Source: Bacteriovoracaceae bacterium (GTDB lineage: Bacteria > Bdellovibrionota > Bacteriovoracia > Bacteriovoracales > Bacteriovoracaceae). Taken from it: a stretch of DNA of 64,000 nt. This document shows, in pieces, positions 39,169-48,120 of this stretch; position 1 is the stretch's first letter; each line of letters opens with the position of its first letter. The translations under genes were made by a program, and so were the position numbers. The stretch lies in contig JBLWTJ010000001.1 of assembly GCA_048270185.1 (NCBI GenBank), positions 1,216,001-1,280,000 of the forward strand, in the 5' to 3' direction. Under the pieces are notes generated by a model. The model was not told the DNA's origin. It saw only the letters and a program-made list of their open reading frames with translations, and ran no database searches.

Positions 39169-40172
39169 ATTACTATCCTGTCTCTTCCTTCTTGAAAATA
39201 ACGATTGGTATGAGACAGGAGAATCTTGCGTAAATTACTTGGAGAACATTTATTAGAAACAAATAACTTTCTCTCAGTCGATAGACTTTCTAAATCTCTT
39301 ACAACAGATTCTATTTTATATTGATATTCATTTGTCTTCAAGGCAATATCTCTTACAAGTTCTCGCCTATCTTGGCGTAGAATGTCCTTTAAAGCCACTC
39401 CGGTTGTTGGATTTACCTCCAAGAAGTTTTCGATATGCTTTAAGCTTCTCTTCTTTAAATTTGCCTTCTTAAACTTTTTTCTTTTTAGAGTAAGATACTC
39501 TTTAACAGTTAAATCACTCTCACTGATTGGATCGACTTCTTTATAACAAATCACATTTGGCTTCTCGCCTTTTATCGAATTCATCTTACGTTGAATATAT
39601 TTTAGCTTATTGAGAGCTGGCCAATCTTTATAGATCTTTCTCCAATTTGATCGTGGAGTAAGCCATGTTGCAAAAGTTTCTGCAAAGTCTTCTTCAGGGT
39701 GGGCCTGAGCATAATTATCTTCAAGATGATAGACGAAGTTTCGTGAAAATTTTCTTGGTAAATAATTTGAGGGATACTTCATATCGTGATCACCAAAAGT
39801 ACTCTTGCGATCAGGACAATCTTTTAGAAAGTAGGCATTATCCATAACATGTCCACACTCGTGGCGCATAAGCTTCATAAACCAATCAAGGCTTTCACCT
39901 TCAACAACACCTAAGTATTGTTTTTCAAGTTCAATGAGCTTTTGATGAAAGAGAGTAAAGGGAATAGCGATTCCAGAGATCCCATCGGGACAGAACCATT
40001 CATCACTGGCCCAAACTTTTGGACGCACAAGAAGTCCGCGACTACTAAGTTCACTATTTAGCTTATCAAGGCAATGAGCATAGGAGCTCGTCTCAAAGCT
40101 AATGCCAAGCTGTGCTAATTCACAATTTAAAATGTCAGATCGACAGGCCCGATCAAGATTTAGTAGTGTCAT
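39165..40172 (-). CDS. Putative zinc-binding metallopeptidase
   Basis: RHECGH zincin motif, YAQAHPEEDFAETFATWL; ATGA overlap with the ATP-grasp gene. Confidence 0.8.
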   Translation of the reverse strand: MTLLNLDRACRSDILNCELAQLGISFETSSYAHCLDKLNSELSSRGLLVRPKVWASDEWFCPDGISGIAIPFTLFHQKLIELEKQYLGVVEGESLDWFMKLMRHECGHVMDNAYFLKDCPDRKSTFGDHDMKYPSNYLPRKFSRNFVYHLEDNYAQAHPEEDFAETFATWLTPRSNWRKIYKDWPALNKLKYIQRKMNSIKGEKPNVICYKEVDPISESDLTVKEYLTLKRKKFKKANLKKRSLKHIENFLEVNPTTGVALKDILRQDRRELVRDIALKTNEYQYKIESVVRDLESLSTERKLFVSNKCSPSNLRKILLSHTNRYFQEGRDRIVM

Positions 40173-40256
40173 TCATTTCTTCCAATAAGGGCAGATTATA
40201 GCCCCAACTGGAAGAAATTAAAGACATTTTCTATAGTAGTGAATTAATTATCAACT

Positions 40257-40568
40257 CTAGAGATCATTTAGACAGATCTGGCCATTGCGGTTGATCTTGA
40301 TCTTAAAGTCCACACCAGCAATTTTAGAGCGGATATGAGATAAATGAGTATTTATCGTCTTATTGGTGACTACAGCTTGTCCCCAAGCACATGAGATGAC
40401 CTCTTCAATAGTATAGATCCTCTTTTCATGCTGAATTAAGCAACAAAGTAGCTTAAATTCCGTTTTTGTTAATTTTACTTCTTTCTCCCCGACGAAAACC
40501 TGTCTGGTCTTCTTGTTGATGCGTAAGCTACGAAAAGCTAGCCAATCAGATTCAATAACAAATGTCAT
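40257..40568 (-). CDS. Stand-alone OmpR/PhoB-type winged-helix protein
   Basis: LTKTEFKLL...WG...KTINTHLSHIRSK; no receiver domain. Confidence 0.8.
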   Translation of the reverse strand: MTFVIESDWLAFRSLRINKKTRQVFVGEKEVKLTKTEFKLLCCLIQHEKRIYTIEEVISCAWGQAVVTNKTINTHLSHIRSKIAGVDFKIKINRNGQICLNDL

Positions 40569-40708
40569 ACTTTCATTCTCCTCCCCCTTAAATAATAACC
40601 TTAAAAGGAAGACAGAAAATTAACAACATACAATTTCGCTAAGGTACAAAAATTATCTCTACTAACAGTAATTTATATAATTTTTAGCTGTAATTTCGAA
40701 TGTTTAGC

Positions 40709-41020
40709 CTATAAGTCGTGAAGACAGATTTGATTGTTGCGATTGACACGGATACGAAATTCAACACCCTTTGTTTTGTTTCTGAGATGAGTCAGGTGAG
40801 TATTCACAGTTTTATTTGCGACATCAACATCACCCCAAATATAGCGAACTAAATCTTCTCTTGGATAGACTCTCTTTCCTCCATCTAAGAGAAAGTATAG
40901 GATTTTAAACTCTGTCTTAGTTAGCTCAACTTTTTTCTCTCCCACAAAGGCCACATGTTCTGCTTCATCAAGAGTTAAGTTACGAAATGAAAGCTGGTGT
41001 GAATTCTTTAATGCGTGCAT
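40709..41020 (-). CDS. Stand-alone OmpR/PhoB-type winged-helix protein (paralogue of 40257)
   Basis: LTKTEFKIL...REDL...WG...KTVNTHLTHLRNK; AGGAG RBS. Confidence 0.8.
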   Translation of the reverse strand: MHALKNSHQLSFRNLTLDEAEHVAFVGEKKVELTKTEFKILYFLLDGGKRVYPREDLVRYIWGDVDVANKTVNTHLTHLRNKTKGVEFRIRVNRNNQICLHDL

Positions 41021-41142
41021 ATTAGTTCTCCTACAGAAGCTTAGTTGAGAATGATTTTATTCCATTGAACATGTACATGTTTTTAAGGTAAGAATGGTCC
41101 TATAAGAAATATGTATTTATTAAATAAATTTAAGAGTAATTC

Positions 41143-41721
41143 ATGAAAAATAAGAGTGTTATCTTCTGGGATGGGGGCCTAACGGCGCTTGAAACCCTTA
41201 AAATTATTCAATCTTCAACGCCTAAAGAAGATATTATTCTCGTGAGCCTACTCAACTCCAACGGTAATGAAGTAGGACTGACAGGAATTCCTGAAGAAAT
41301 TATTAGTCTTCAAGCAAGATTTCTTGGAATTAAACTTGTTCGTCTTTACCAAGATGAGCTCTGTCTTAAAGTTTTATCAAAATTTCAAAATCAAGGTTAC
41401 AAATTCTATAGTGGTTCTCGCTCTTCAAAGTTAAATTACGAATGTGTTAGAGAAATTAAAATTCACTACCCACTAGCGGGAAAGAGCTACCAAGAACTGA
41501 GAGAACAATCTCAGGCCCGATGTATTCTAACGTCTGTTAACAGCGAGGAAATGCAACGATACTTAGGAAAAGAAATTAGCGATATTGATCTAGAACTTGA
41601 CACTTATAACGTTGATACATTTGCCATCTATGACCCACTCTTTCGCATAAGAATTCCATTTTCTAAAAATATCGTCGTCCAACAGGGTGATACTTTTATT
41701 TGTAAAATTCGAAGTGTTTAA
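41143..41721 (+). CDS. Degenerate DUF71/diphthine-ammonia-ligase-like protein
   Basis: FWDGG..., VSLL, GIPEEIISLQARFLGI, TFAIYDPLF resemble DUF71, but SGGKDS is replaced. Confidence 0.55.
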   Translation: MKNKSVIFWDGGLTALETLKIIQSSTPKEDIILVSLLNSNGNEVGLTGIPEEIISLQARFLGIKLVRLYQDELCLKVLSKFQNQGYKFYSGSRSSKLNYECVREIKIHYPLAGKSYQELREQSQARCILTSVNSEEMQRYLGKEISDIDLELDTYNVDTFAIYDPLFRIRIPFSKNIVVQQGDTFICKIRSV

Positions 41722-41796
41722 AATCTTTTAACATTACCTCCATACTTGCTTGCCCCTTAGTCCATATAATAGCAAGTGATCACATTTGGAGGTAAT

Positions 41797-42303
41797 ATGA
41801 AAACAAATCGTAAATTTCTCTTTGTTGGTGCTCGAGTCGTCATGGGCACTGTGCTCTTGCTAGGAGGAGTTACTCCCGGTCTTGGACTTCTGACAGAGTC
41901 ACAATACACACCTGAGGCACTGTCTTTTATTAATTCACTACAAGAAACAGGTTATCTCTACTATATGATTAAAATTCTTGAATTAGTTTTAGGTACAATG
42001 TTCTTATTAAATCTATTTATCCCATTAGCGGCAGTTATCGCAGCGCCACTGGTTATTAATATTCTCTTCTTTGAACTCTTCTTATGTAATTCCTTCTTAA
42101 TTGCACCAATTCTATTAATCCTTTGTGAAGTCATGGTTTACCGTGAACATCGAAAGATCTTTAATTGGTTATTTAAGTACCAAGTTCATACTCATACAAA
42201 TGACTTGGATGCTCCAGATATGATTATTTTGTCTGATTTAAAAGAGAAGGATCCACAGACATACAAAGATGTCGTCAATTCTCAGTATTATCATAATATT
42301 TAA
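41797..42303 (+). CDS. DoxX-family membrane protein
   Basis: AR..MG, L.ETGYL...IK.LE, PLAAVIAAPLVINI; GGAGG RBS before ATG 41797. Confidence 0.7.
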   Translation: MKTNRKFLFVGARVVMGTVLLLGGVTPGLGLLTESQYTPEALSFINSLQETGYLYYMIKILELVLGTMFLLNLFIPLAAVIAAPLVINILFFELFLCNSFLIAPILLILCEVMVYREHRKIFNWLFKYQVHTHTNDLDAPDMIILSDLKEKDPQTYKDVVNSQYYHNI

Positions 42304-42373
42304 ATTTCTATTAAACTCATGGCGTCTGTTGATTGACAGACGCTGGCCTTCCTGCCACTATTTTCCAATTGTA

Positions 42374-42466
42374 TATAAGGTGAACTCTGTGAAATTCAGA
42401 GACTGTCCCGCAACGGTTAGAGTCCGAGCCCTTCTTTATTAATTTATATCTCGGAGGAAGATTATA
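42374..42466 (+). ncRNA. Cobalamin riboswitch (compact class-II-like)
   Basis: AAGGTGAA, CTCTG-TGAAATT-CAGAG T-loop hairpin, CTGTCCCGCAACGGT, GAGTCCGAGCCCTTC B12-box-like segment, then a weak hairpin with CGGAGG in its loop; directly upstream of a TonB-dependent receptor. Confidence 0.85.
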
Positions 42467-44203
42467 AAAACGCCATTCTTATTACCCCTAGTTTTATTAT
42501 TATCAACAAGCACACAGGCTCAAATCACAATTAAGGCCACTAAGCTCGACACGACAGTAGAGAGAGTGACAAGCGATGTAAAAGTCATTACGAGTGAAGA
42601 AATTGAGAATTCTGATGCGCTCACACTACAAGAACTCTTACAGTCAAAGGCCGGTATTTTTATTGGACAAGCTGGACAAACTGGAGCTGCTTCTAGCTTA
42701 CGATTAAGAGGTCTTCCAACAGGCTTTTCTAAGATAATCTTAGATAATGTTGAACTTACAGATCCAACTGATATCAACAATTCTTATCAAATCAATAATC
42801 TGACTCTTGATAATATTGAATCCATTGAAATCTTAAAAGGTAGTCAGTCTATTATCTACGGCTCAAGCGCTATTGGTGGTGTTCTTAAGATTAATACCAA
42901 GAAAGGATTTGATAGCACTCAAATGCGTGCAGAGTATGGTTCACAAAACACAAAGAAAGTTGCTCTTAGTAAAAGTGGAAATACGAAGCAATTAAATTAT
43001 GGAATCAACTTAAGCTATCTTGATACAGATGGATATTCTGCCTACAACGAGGATCGAATAACTAATGCGGAAGATGACTCTTATGAAAGTCTTAATGCAA
43101 ACCTAAACCTAAGTTACTTCTTAGGAAACAACCTTGAAGTTAGTTTTCAATCTGGCTACATTAAGTCCGATCTTGAAAAAGACGACTTCATGGCCGACAA
43201 GATCGATAACGACGACGAACAATATGAACATTTTAATAATTATCTTAGTCTTAAGTACTTCTCTGATGATGATAAGTTCACGCTAACACCTAGTGTACGT
43301 CTTTCACAAATTGAGAGAGTTGATGAATTTGGCTTTACTCCCCTTTTTAAAGGAAAGGAATTAGATACACGAATTGATAGTACTTATGAATTATCTCAGT
43401 CGGCTAAACTCTTTATAGGAACTCAGTATCTAAAACAAGAAGATACAATAAATAAAGACTACAGTGAGCTCTTTTCCATCTATGGAACTACCAATTTAAG
43501 TTATGGTGATTTGTTTGCAGATGTAGGTATGCGCCTAGATCAATTTACTTCATTTGATCTTAATACAATTGGAAGCCTAGGTATTGGATATAACCTAACA
43601 AATACATGGACTCTTAAAGGTCACTTCTCACAAGGTTTTAAATTACCAACACTCTATCAATTGGCCAATCAGCTATCAGATCTTGATCCAACGGATAGTG
43701 TTAATACAGAGCTGACACTTCTTTACAAAGAAGTAACATATCAATTTGAAGCGACGGCCTTTAACTATGAGCTTCGAAATCAAATTGATTACGACACGGC
43801 AACAAGTAAGTACTTTAATATTTCACGTTCACGTATTCAGGGGATGGAGTTTAGCTACACTCAAGAATTTCGTTTTGATCTAACTGTTACATCTTCTCTA
43901 ACTCTACAAAGAGCCAAGAATCTTAAGACAAATGGAGAACTTGGAAGAACACCTCACTCTCTAGCAAGTATCGATTTCACTTATAAAATCAATAAGAATC
44001 AAAGCCTAACAAATTGGTGGCAATATGTTGGAAAGCGCCAAGATTCAGGAGAGATGCCTTCTTACGTAGTAGGAAACCTAAATTATCAATACAAAGACTT
44101 CAACTTTAAGATTATGAATATTCTTGATAAGGATTATGAGAATGTTCGCTACTACGGAACACTCCCTCGTAGTTTCTATGTTGGTTATAAACTTAACCTC
44201 TAA
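42464..44203 (+). CDS. btuB: TonB-dependent receptor, BtuB-like cobalamin transporter (probable ATA start)
   Basis: Plug motifs LRLRG, IESIEILKGSQSIIYGSSAIGGV; barrel end NILDKDYE..YGTLPRSFYVG; signal peptide encoded upstream of the listed GTG; B12 riboswitch. Confidence 0.8.
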   Translation: MKTPFLLPLVLLLSTSTQAQITIKATKLDTTVERVTSDVKVITSEEIENSDALTLQELLQSKAGIFIGQAGQTGAASSLRLRGLPTGFSKIILDNVELTDPTDINNSYQINNLTLDNIESIEILKGSQSIIYGSSAIGGVLKINTKKGFDSTQMRAEYGSQNTKKVALSKSGNTKQLNYGINLSYLDTDGYSAYNEDRITNAEDDSYESLNANLNLSYFLGNNLEVSFQSGYIKSDLEKDDFMADKIDNDDEQYEHFNNYLSLKYFSDDDKFTLTPSVRLSQIERVDEFGFTPLFKGKELDTRIDSTYELSQSAKLFIGTQYLKQEDTINKDYSELFSIYGTTNLSYGDLFADVGMRLDQFTSFDLNTIGSLGIGYNLTNTWTLKGHFSQGFKLPTLYQLANQLSDLDPTDSVNTELTLLYKEVTYQFEATAFNYELRNQIDYDTATSKYFNISRSRIQGMEFSYTQEFRFDLTVTSSLTLQRAKNLKTNGELGRTPHSLASIDFTYKINKNQSLTNWWQYVGKRQDSGEMPSYVVGNLNYQYKDFNFKIMNILDKDYENVRYYGTLPRSFYVGYKLNL

Positions 44204-45341
44204 GGTGATAGCGCTTTATTAAAATAATCGCAACACCAAAGCATAGGATGGAACCTATGTTTAAAACATAGAATAATTGAAAAGCACTTCCGGGGCCTAA
44301 GCGATCAGCGATGGCCCCGAATACAAAGTGCATCACAGAGATTCCAACACCAATATAGCTCATCGTTGAAGCAAGAACGATATGATTCTTTTTTGGAAAA
44401 TTATTTGAAATCCAATCCACAATGACAGGGAAGCAAAAAGACATGAAAAGTGCCGTCATGGGATAAAAGATGGCGTGAACTTTCCCTAAACTAAAGCAAA
44501 TAAGGCTTGAGAAAAGAGAAAGAATAATTAACCTCTTTGACTCCATCTTAATATCTAAGAAAGCAAATCCAATCCTCCCAATCATAAGAAAGAGAAAGAA
44601 GTATGATAGGTAGTTATTAGCAACTAAGTCACTAAATGAATGAGACTCTACAAGGTAGTACTTAAGACGAGTTGATATCATGATCTCTGAAGCGACATAA
44701 CTTCCAGCAAAGAGACCAATCATTAGATTCATCAAGAATGCTCCACTCATGCCTTCATGGTTTTCTTTAATCTCCTCATGATGAGAGTCATGAGTCATGA
44801 ATGAATAAGCAAAGACAGCGGCACAAGGAATAAGTAAGTACTTAAAGAAATGAATCCAATCAGAGTTTAAGTAGTGAAAGAGATTGAGAAGCTGAGGAGC
44901 GGCCAAGGATGCTAGTCCGTAGACACCATGAAGTCCCGAAAGATAGCGTCTCTTGTGTTGCGAAGGTGCTCCTGTATCAACCATAAGATTCATGGTGATA
45001 CCTGTAATCCCAAAACCAAAGCCTGCAATAGCACCAAATATTAAGCTTATCTTGAAATTGTGGTAATCTCCACCAAGCCCAATACCGTAAGTCCCTACTC
45101 CCATAAGAATCATGGCAACTCTAGTGGCCACAACCGCTCCTAAGCGAGGCAGCCAAATCGATGTTGTTAAATACGAGAAGAGTGATGTAATCGACATCAC
45201 AGAAAATATCAGTGAGCCTTCATCTGGTCGAATTTGAAAGTAATTTAAAAGTTCTGGATAGACACTACCACGGCCATTATCAATAAAGCTTAAAGCGATG
45301 AGGGCCATATAACCTAGAATAACATATCCAAAATTTTTCAA
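44193..45341 (-). CDS. MFS transporter
   Basis: About 12 TM helices, LHGVYGLASLAAP, MIGRI, GAIADRLG. Confidence 0.85.
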   Translation of the reverse strand: MKNFGYVILGYMALIALSFIDNGRGSVYPELLNYFQIRPDEGSLIFSVMSITSLFSYLTTSIWLPRLGAVVATRVAMILMGVGTYGIGLGGDYHNFKISLIFGAIAGFGFGITGITMNLMVDTGAPSQHKRRYLSGLHGVYGLASLAAPQLLNLFHYLNSDWIHFFKYLLIPCAAVFAYSFMTHDSHHEEIKENHEGMSGAFLMNLMIGLFAGSYVASEIMISTRLKYYLVESHSFSDLVANNYLSYFFLFLMIGRIGFAFLDIKMESKRLIILSLFSSLICFSLGKVHAIFYPMTALFMSFCFPVIVDWISNNFPKKNHIVLASTMSYIGVGISVMHFVFGAIADRLGPGSAFQLFYVLNIGSILCFGVAIILIKRYHLRG

Positions 45342-45349
45342 ATCAAATC

Positions 45350-47503
45350 CTATGCAATAAGCGATTTATCTTTATAAAGAATCCATAATTGATGAATTGC
45401 TCTAGTGGCCGCTAAGTGTAGTCGCTTTCTTGCAGTAGCATCAATTGGGTAGAACTGCTTATCACAATCAGGAATAATAACGTAGTCAAACTCAAGACCA
45501 CGGATTTGCTCAACAGTTGTCACATCAATTCCAGGTCTTAGAGAGAAATTCTCATCAAGTACAAGTCTGACACTTCCAACCTCTTCAATTTCCTGATAGA
45601 GGTTCTTTGCGATATCTTCTTTTGAGCAAATCACGGCAATCGATGCCTTTGGTTCTCTATTAATCAACTCCACTAGTGCACTACTTATAATCATGGAGGC
45701 GTGCTCTATATGTTGAACTTGTGTTTCAATAATTGGTCCCCCCTCTCTCTTAGAATCAGGAAGCTGTGCCGGAGCAAGAGGTCCTAATACCTTGTGAGCA
45801 AAGGCGACGATCTCTTTTGGAGAACGATAAGAAACATTAAGTTCTTCCACTTGCATATCATCAACATCAAGCTCCAGAGTGTGGCAGACATCATGCCATG
45901 AAGTGAACTCAAATGTGCGATCAATTTGTTGAACGCTATCACCTGCAATTGTGAAATTTCCATCTTGATGCTTAACTTGTCCAAGCATGACAAGCTCACT
46001 CTTAGAAAGCTCTTGAGCTTCATCAAGGAAGATATGACGGTAGTATTTAAACTCTCGTCCAAAATACTTGAGGTGCCCAAATTGCTTTACAATGAGGTAG
46101 TTAAATAAAGGGAGATCATACTTATCAACAAATCCACTTACTTCCCCATCGCTATGGGCGTAGTCTGAATCACTATCAAGACCTTGAATCTGCTTTGATG
46201 TATAAAACTTAAGATCATTTAACATGTGAGTCGTTACCTGACGATTTGTCATCTCAGGTAAGCGAGACATCAAGACATTATCAGAGAAGATATTAAGAAG
46301 TTCTTCTCTAACATTTCTAAAGCCCTTTAATACTTTTTTAATTTCAACTTTTAAAATACTGTCGCGTGTATTCTCATACAGATTCTTAACTCTTACATAA
46401 AGTGGACGTGTGCGATCTTTAGTAAAAAATTCGAGATCGAGTCCTTTAAGCTTCTTTTCTATATCTGCTTCTTTCTTTGCAAGGTATTCATCAATTAGTG
46501 TTAAAAGTTGTGGATTTCTCTTAATTGTCACAATTGAATCAAGAGGGTTATCTTCAATCTTCTTAGGTATTGATTTTATATTTTGAAAGACAATCTTTTT
46601 TATCAGCTCATCTAAAGTTGAAACTCTTACTTTCTCCAGATTAGATTCTTGAAGAAGTTTCTTTGAAAGCTTTACTAGACCTTGATTTGGAACAAGGACC
46701 ATAACGTCTTCTTGGCGAATGCCGTCTTCACGACAAAGCTTAGCAATTCGGTAGAGTGCAACTGTTGTCTTACCACTACCGGCACCACCAGTAATTAGAA
46801 GTGGTTTGCTTGCACTTTGGTTTACGAGATCGTACTGGGTCTTATCAAGCATTGAAATAACTTCAGGGCCATCAAAACCTGTGCGCCCACTACCAAGACT
46901 CTGATTAGCGCTTCCTTCTCCACCTGCAAGTTTCTGTGCTGACTCTGAAAGAGAGATCCATTCCCCATCACGCCAAACATTAGTCATTCCTTCACGATCA
47001 ACTCGCATAAGCTTTGATTCACGAACTGTAAGGATTGATTTTTCTAAGATACGGCCTTCGATAACTCGATCATCCAAATCAAAGTCAAAATCATCACCTT
47101 CACCATATTGGTAGAAGATTCTTGCCATTGGCGACTTCTTCCAGTCGATAATTTTGAATTTTAATTCTTTATGAGAAAATGGAATATGCCCAATAAGAAA
47201 ATCCTTAAGCTTGCCATTTTGTTCAATTTTAAAGTGTCCAAAAAATGGTGAGTCTGTACTTGGAAGACTCTGATGTTCTTCATAACGATTGGCCAGTTGA
47301 TTTAGTAAGTTCATCTGCTGGATAATTCCAGGTAAGTCATCTTCCTTTGCACTTAAGGACTCATCGCGTAACGCCCTAATATTAGCAGCAATATCGGCCA
47401 ATGCCGCTGCATTTAGGTCTGGAAGCTTCTTTATTAATTCAACAGCTTGGCCAAGAAAGCCATCAATTTTTTGGATATATTCTAGTTTCACTAACTCACT
47501 CAT
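45350..47503 (-). CDS. Superfamily-1 helicase-like ATPase, HelD/UvrD-like
   Basis: PFFGH...IG...IIDWKKSPMARIFY N-domain, GGAGSGKTTVALYRIA, DEAQE, GD..Q, SYRSP.EI, GLEFD, ATRA. Confidence 0.8.
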   Translation of the reverse strand: MSELVKLEYIQKIDGFLGQAVELIKKLPDLNAAALADIAANIRALRDESLSAKEDDLPGIIQQMNLLNQLANRYEEHQSLPSTDSPFFGHFKIEQNGKLKDFLIGHIPFSHKELKFKIIDWKKSPMARIFYQYGEGDDFDFDLDDRVIEGRILEKSILTVRESKLMRVDREGMTNVWRDGEWISLSESAQKLAGGEGSANQSLGSGRTGFDGPEVISMLDKTQYDLVNQSASKPLLITGGAGSGKTTVALYRIAKLCREDGIRQEDVMVLVPNQGLVKLSKKLLQESNLEKVRVSTLDELIKKIVFQNIKSIPKKIEDNPLDSIVTIKRNPQLLTLIDEYLAKKEADIEKKLKGLDLEFFTKDRTRPLYVRVKNLYENTRDSILKVEIKKVLKGFRNVREELLNIFSDNVLMSRLPEMTNRQVTTHMLNDLKFYTSKQIQGLDSDSDYAHSDGEVSGFVDKYDLPLFNYLIVKQFGHLKYFGREFKYYRHIFLDEAQELSKSELVMLGQVKHQDGNFTIAGDSVQQIDRTFEFTSWHDVCHTLELDVDDMQVEELNVSYRSPKEIVAFAHKVLGPLAPAQLPDSKREGGPIIETQVQHIEHASMIISSALVELINREPKASIAVICSKEDIAKNLYQEIEEVGSVRLVLDENFSLRPGIDVTTVEQIRGLEFDYVIIPDCDKQFYPIDATARKRLHLAATRAIHQLWILYKDKSLIA

Positions 47504-47574
47504 ACTTTATTTGCCTAATATCAATTAGATTGCTAGTGTTGCAGTCAATTATTAACTACAACGAGGGCCATATT

Positions 47575-48045
47575 ATGCCAAAAGTTATCGGATTTAACTA
47601 CACATTAACGAATACTAATAACGAAGTTTTAGACTCATCGACTGAACACGGACCACTTCTTTTCCTAGAAGGTGTTGGACAAATTATCCCAGGTCTAGAA
47701 GAAAAGATCGTGAGCATGAATATTGGTGAAAAGGCTAAAGTTGAAGTAGCAGCCGCTGACGCATACGGTAATAAAAATGATGAACTAGTTATCACTGTTC
47801 AACGCTCACAATTCCCACCAGATGCACAACTTAATGTTGGAGATGTTTTCCAAGTAAACCAAGACCAAGGAATGCCTCCATTTGCAATTATCGCAATCAA
47901 CGGTGAAGAGATTACTCTTGACGGTAATCACCCTCTAGCTGGTGAAGACCTAATCTTTGATATTGAAATTACAGAAGTTAGAGAAGCGTCAGAAGAAGAG
48001 GTGGCACATGGTCACGCTCATGGCGTAGGTGGACACCAACACTAA
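47575..48045 (+). CDS. slyD: FKBP-type PPIase SlyD
   Basis: G.GQIIPGLE, DGNHPLAG, His-rich tail HGHAHG..GHQH. Confidence 0.92.
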   Translation: MPKVIGFNYTLTNTNNEVLDSSTEHGPLLFLEGVGQIIPGLEEKIVSMNIGEKAKVEVAAADAYGNKNDELVITVQRSQFPPDAQLNVGDVFQVNQDQGMPPFAIIAINGEEITLDGNHPLAGEDLIFDIEITEVREASEEEVAHGHAHGVGGHQH

Positions 48046-48120
48046 TTAATATTTACCTTTCTTAACTTAAATAACTGTATAGAACCTTACTAAAATTAAT
48101 TTAGATTTTGTGAGGATTCT

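Noticed and set aside
47401..47574. N-terminal extensions in the ORF track (slyD, msrA, CarD-like, histone-like, dienelactone hydrolase)
   Set aside because: Downstream ATGs with RBS match family lengths; the extensions overlap neighbours or promoter DNA.
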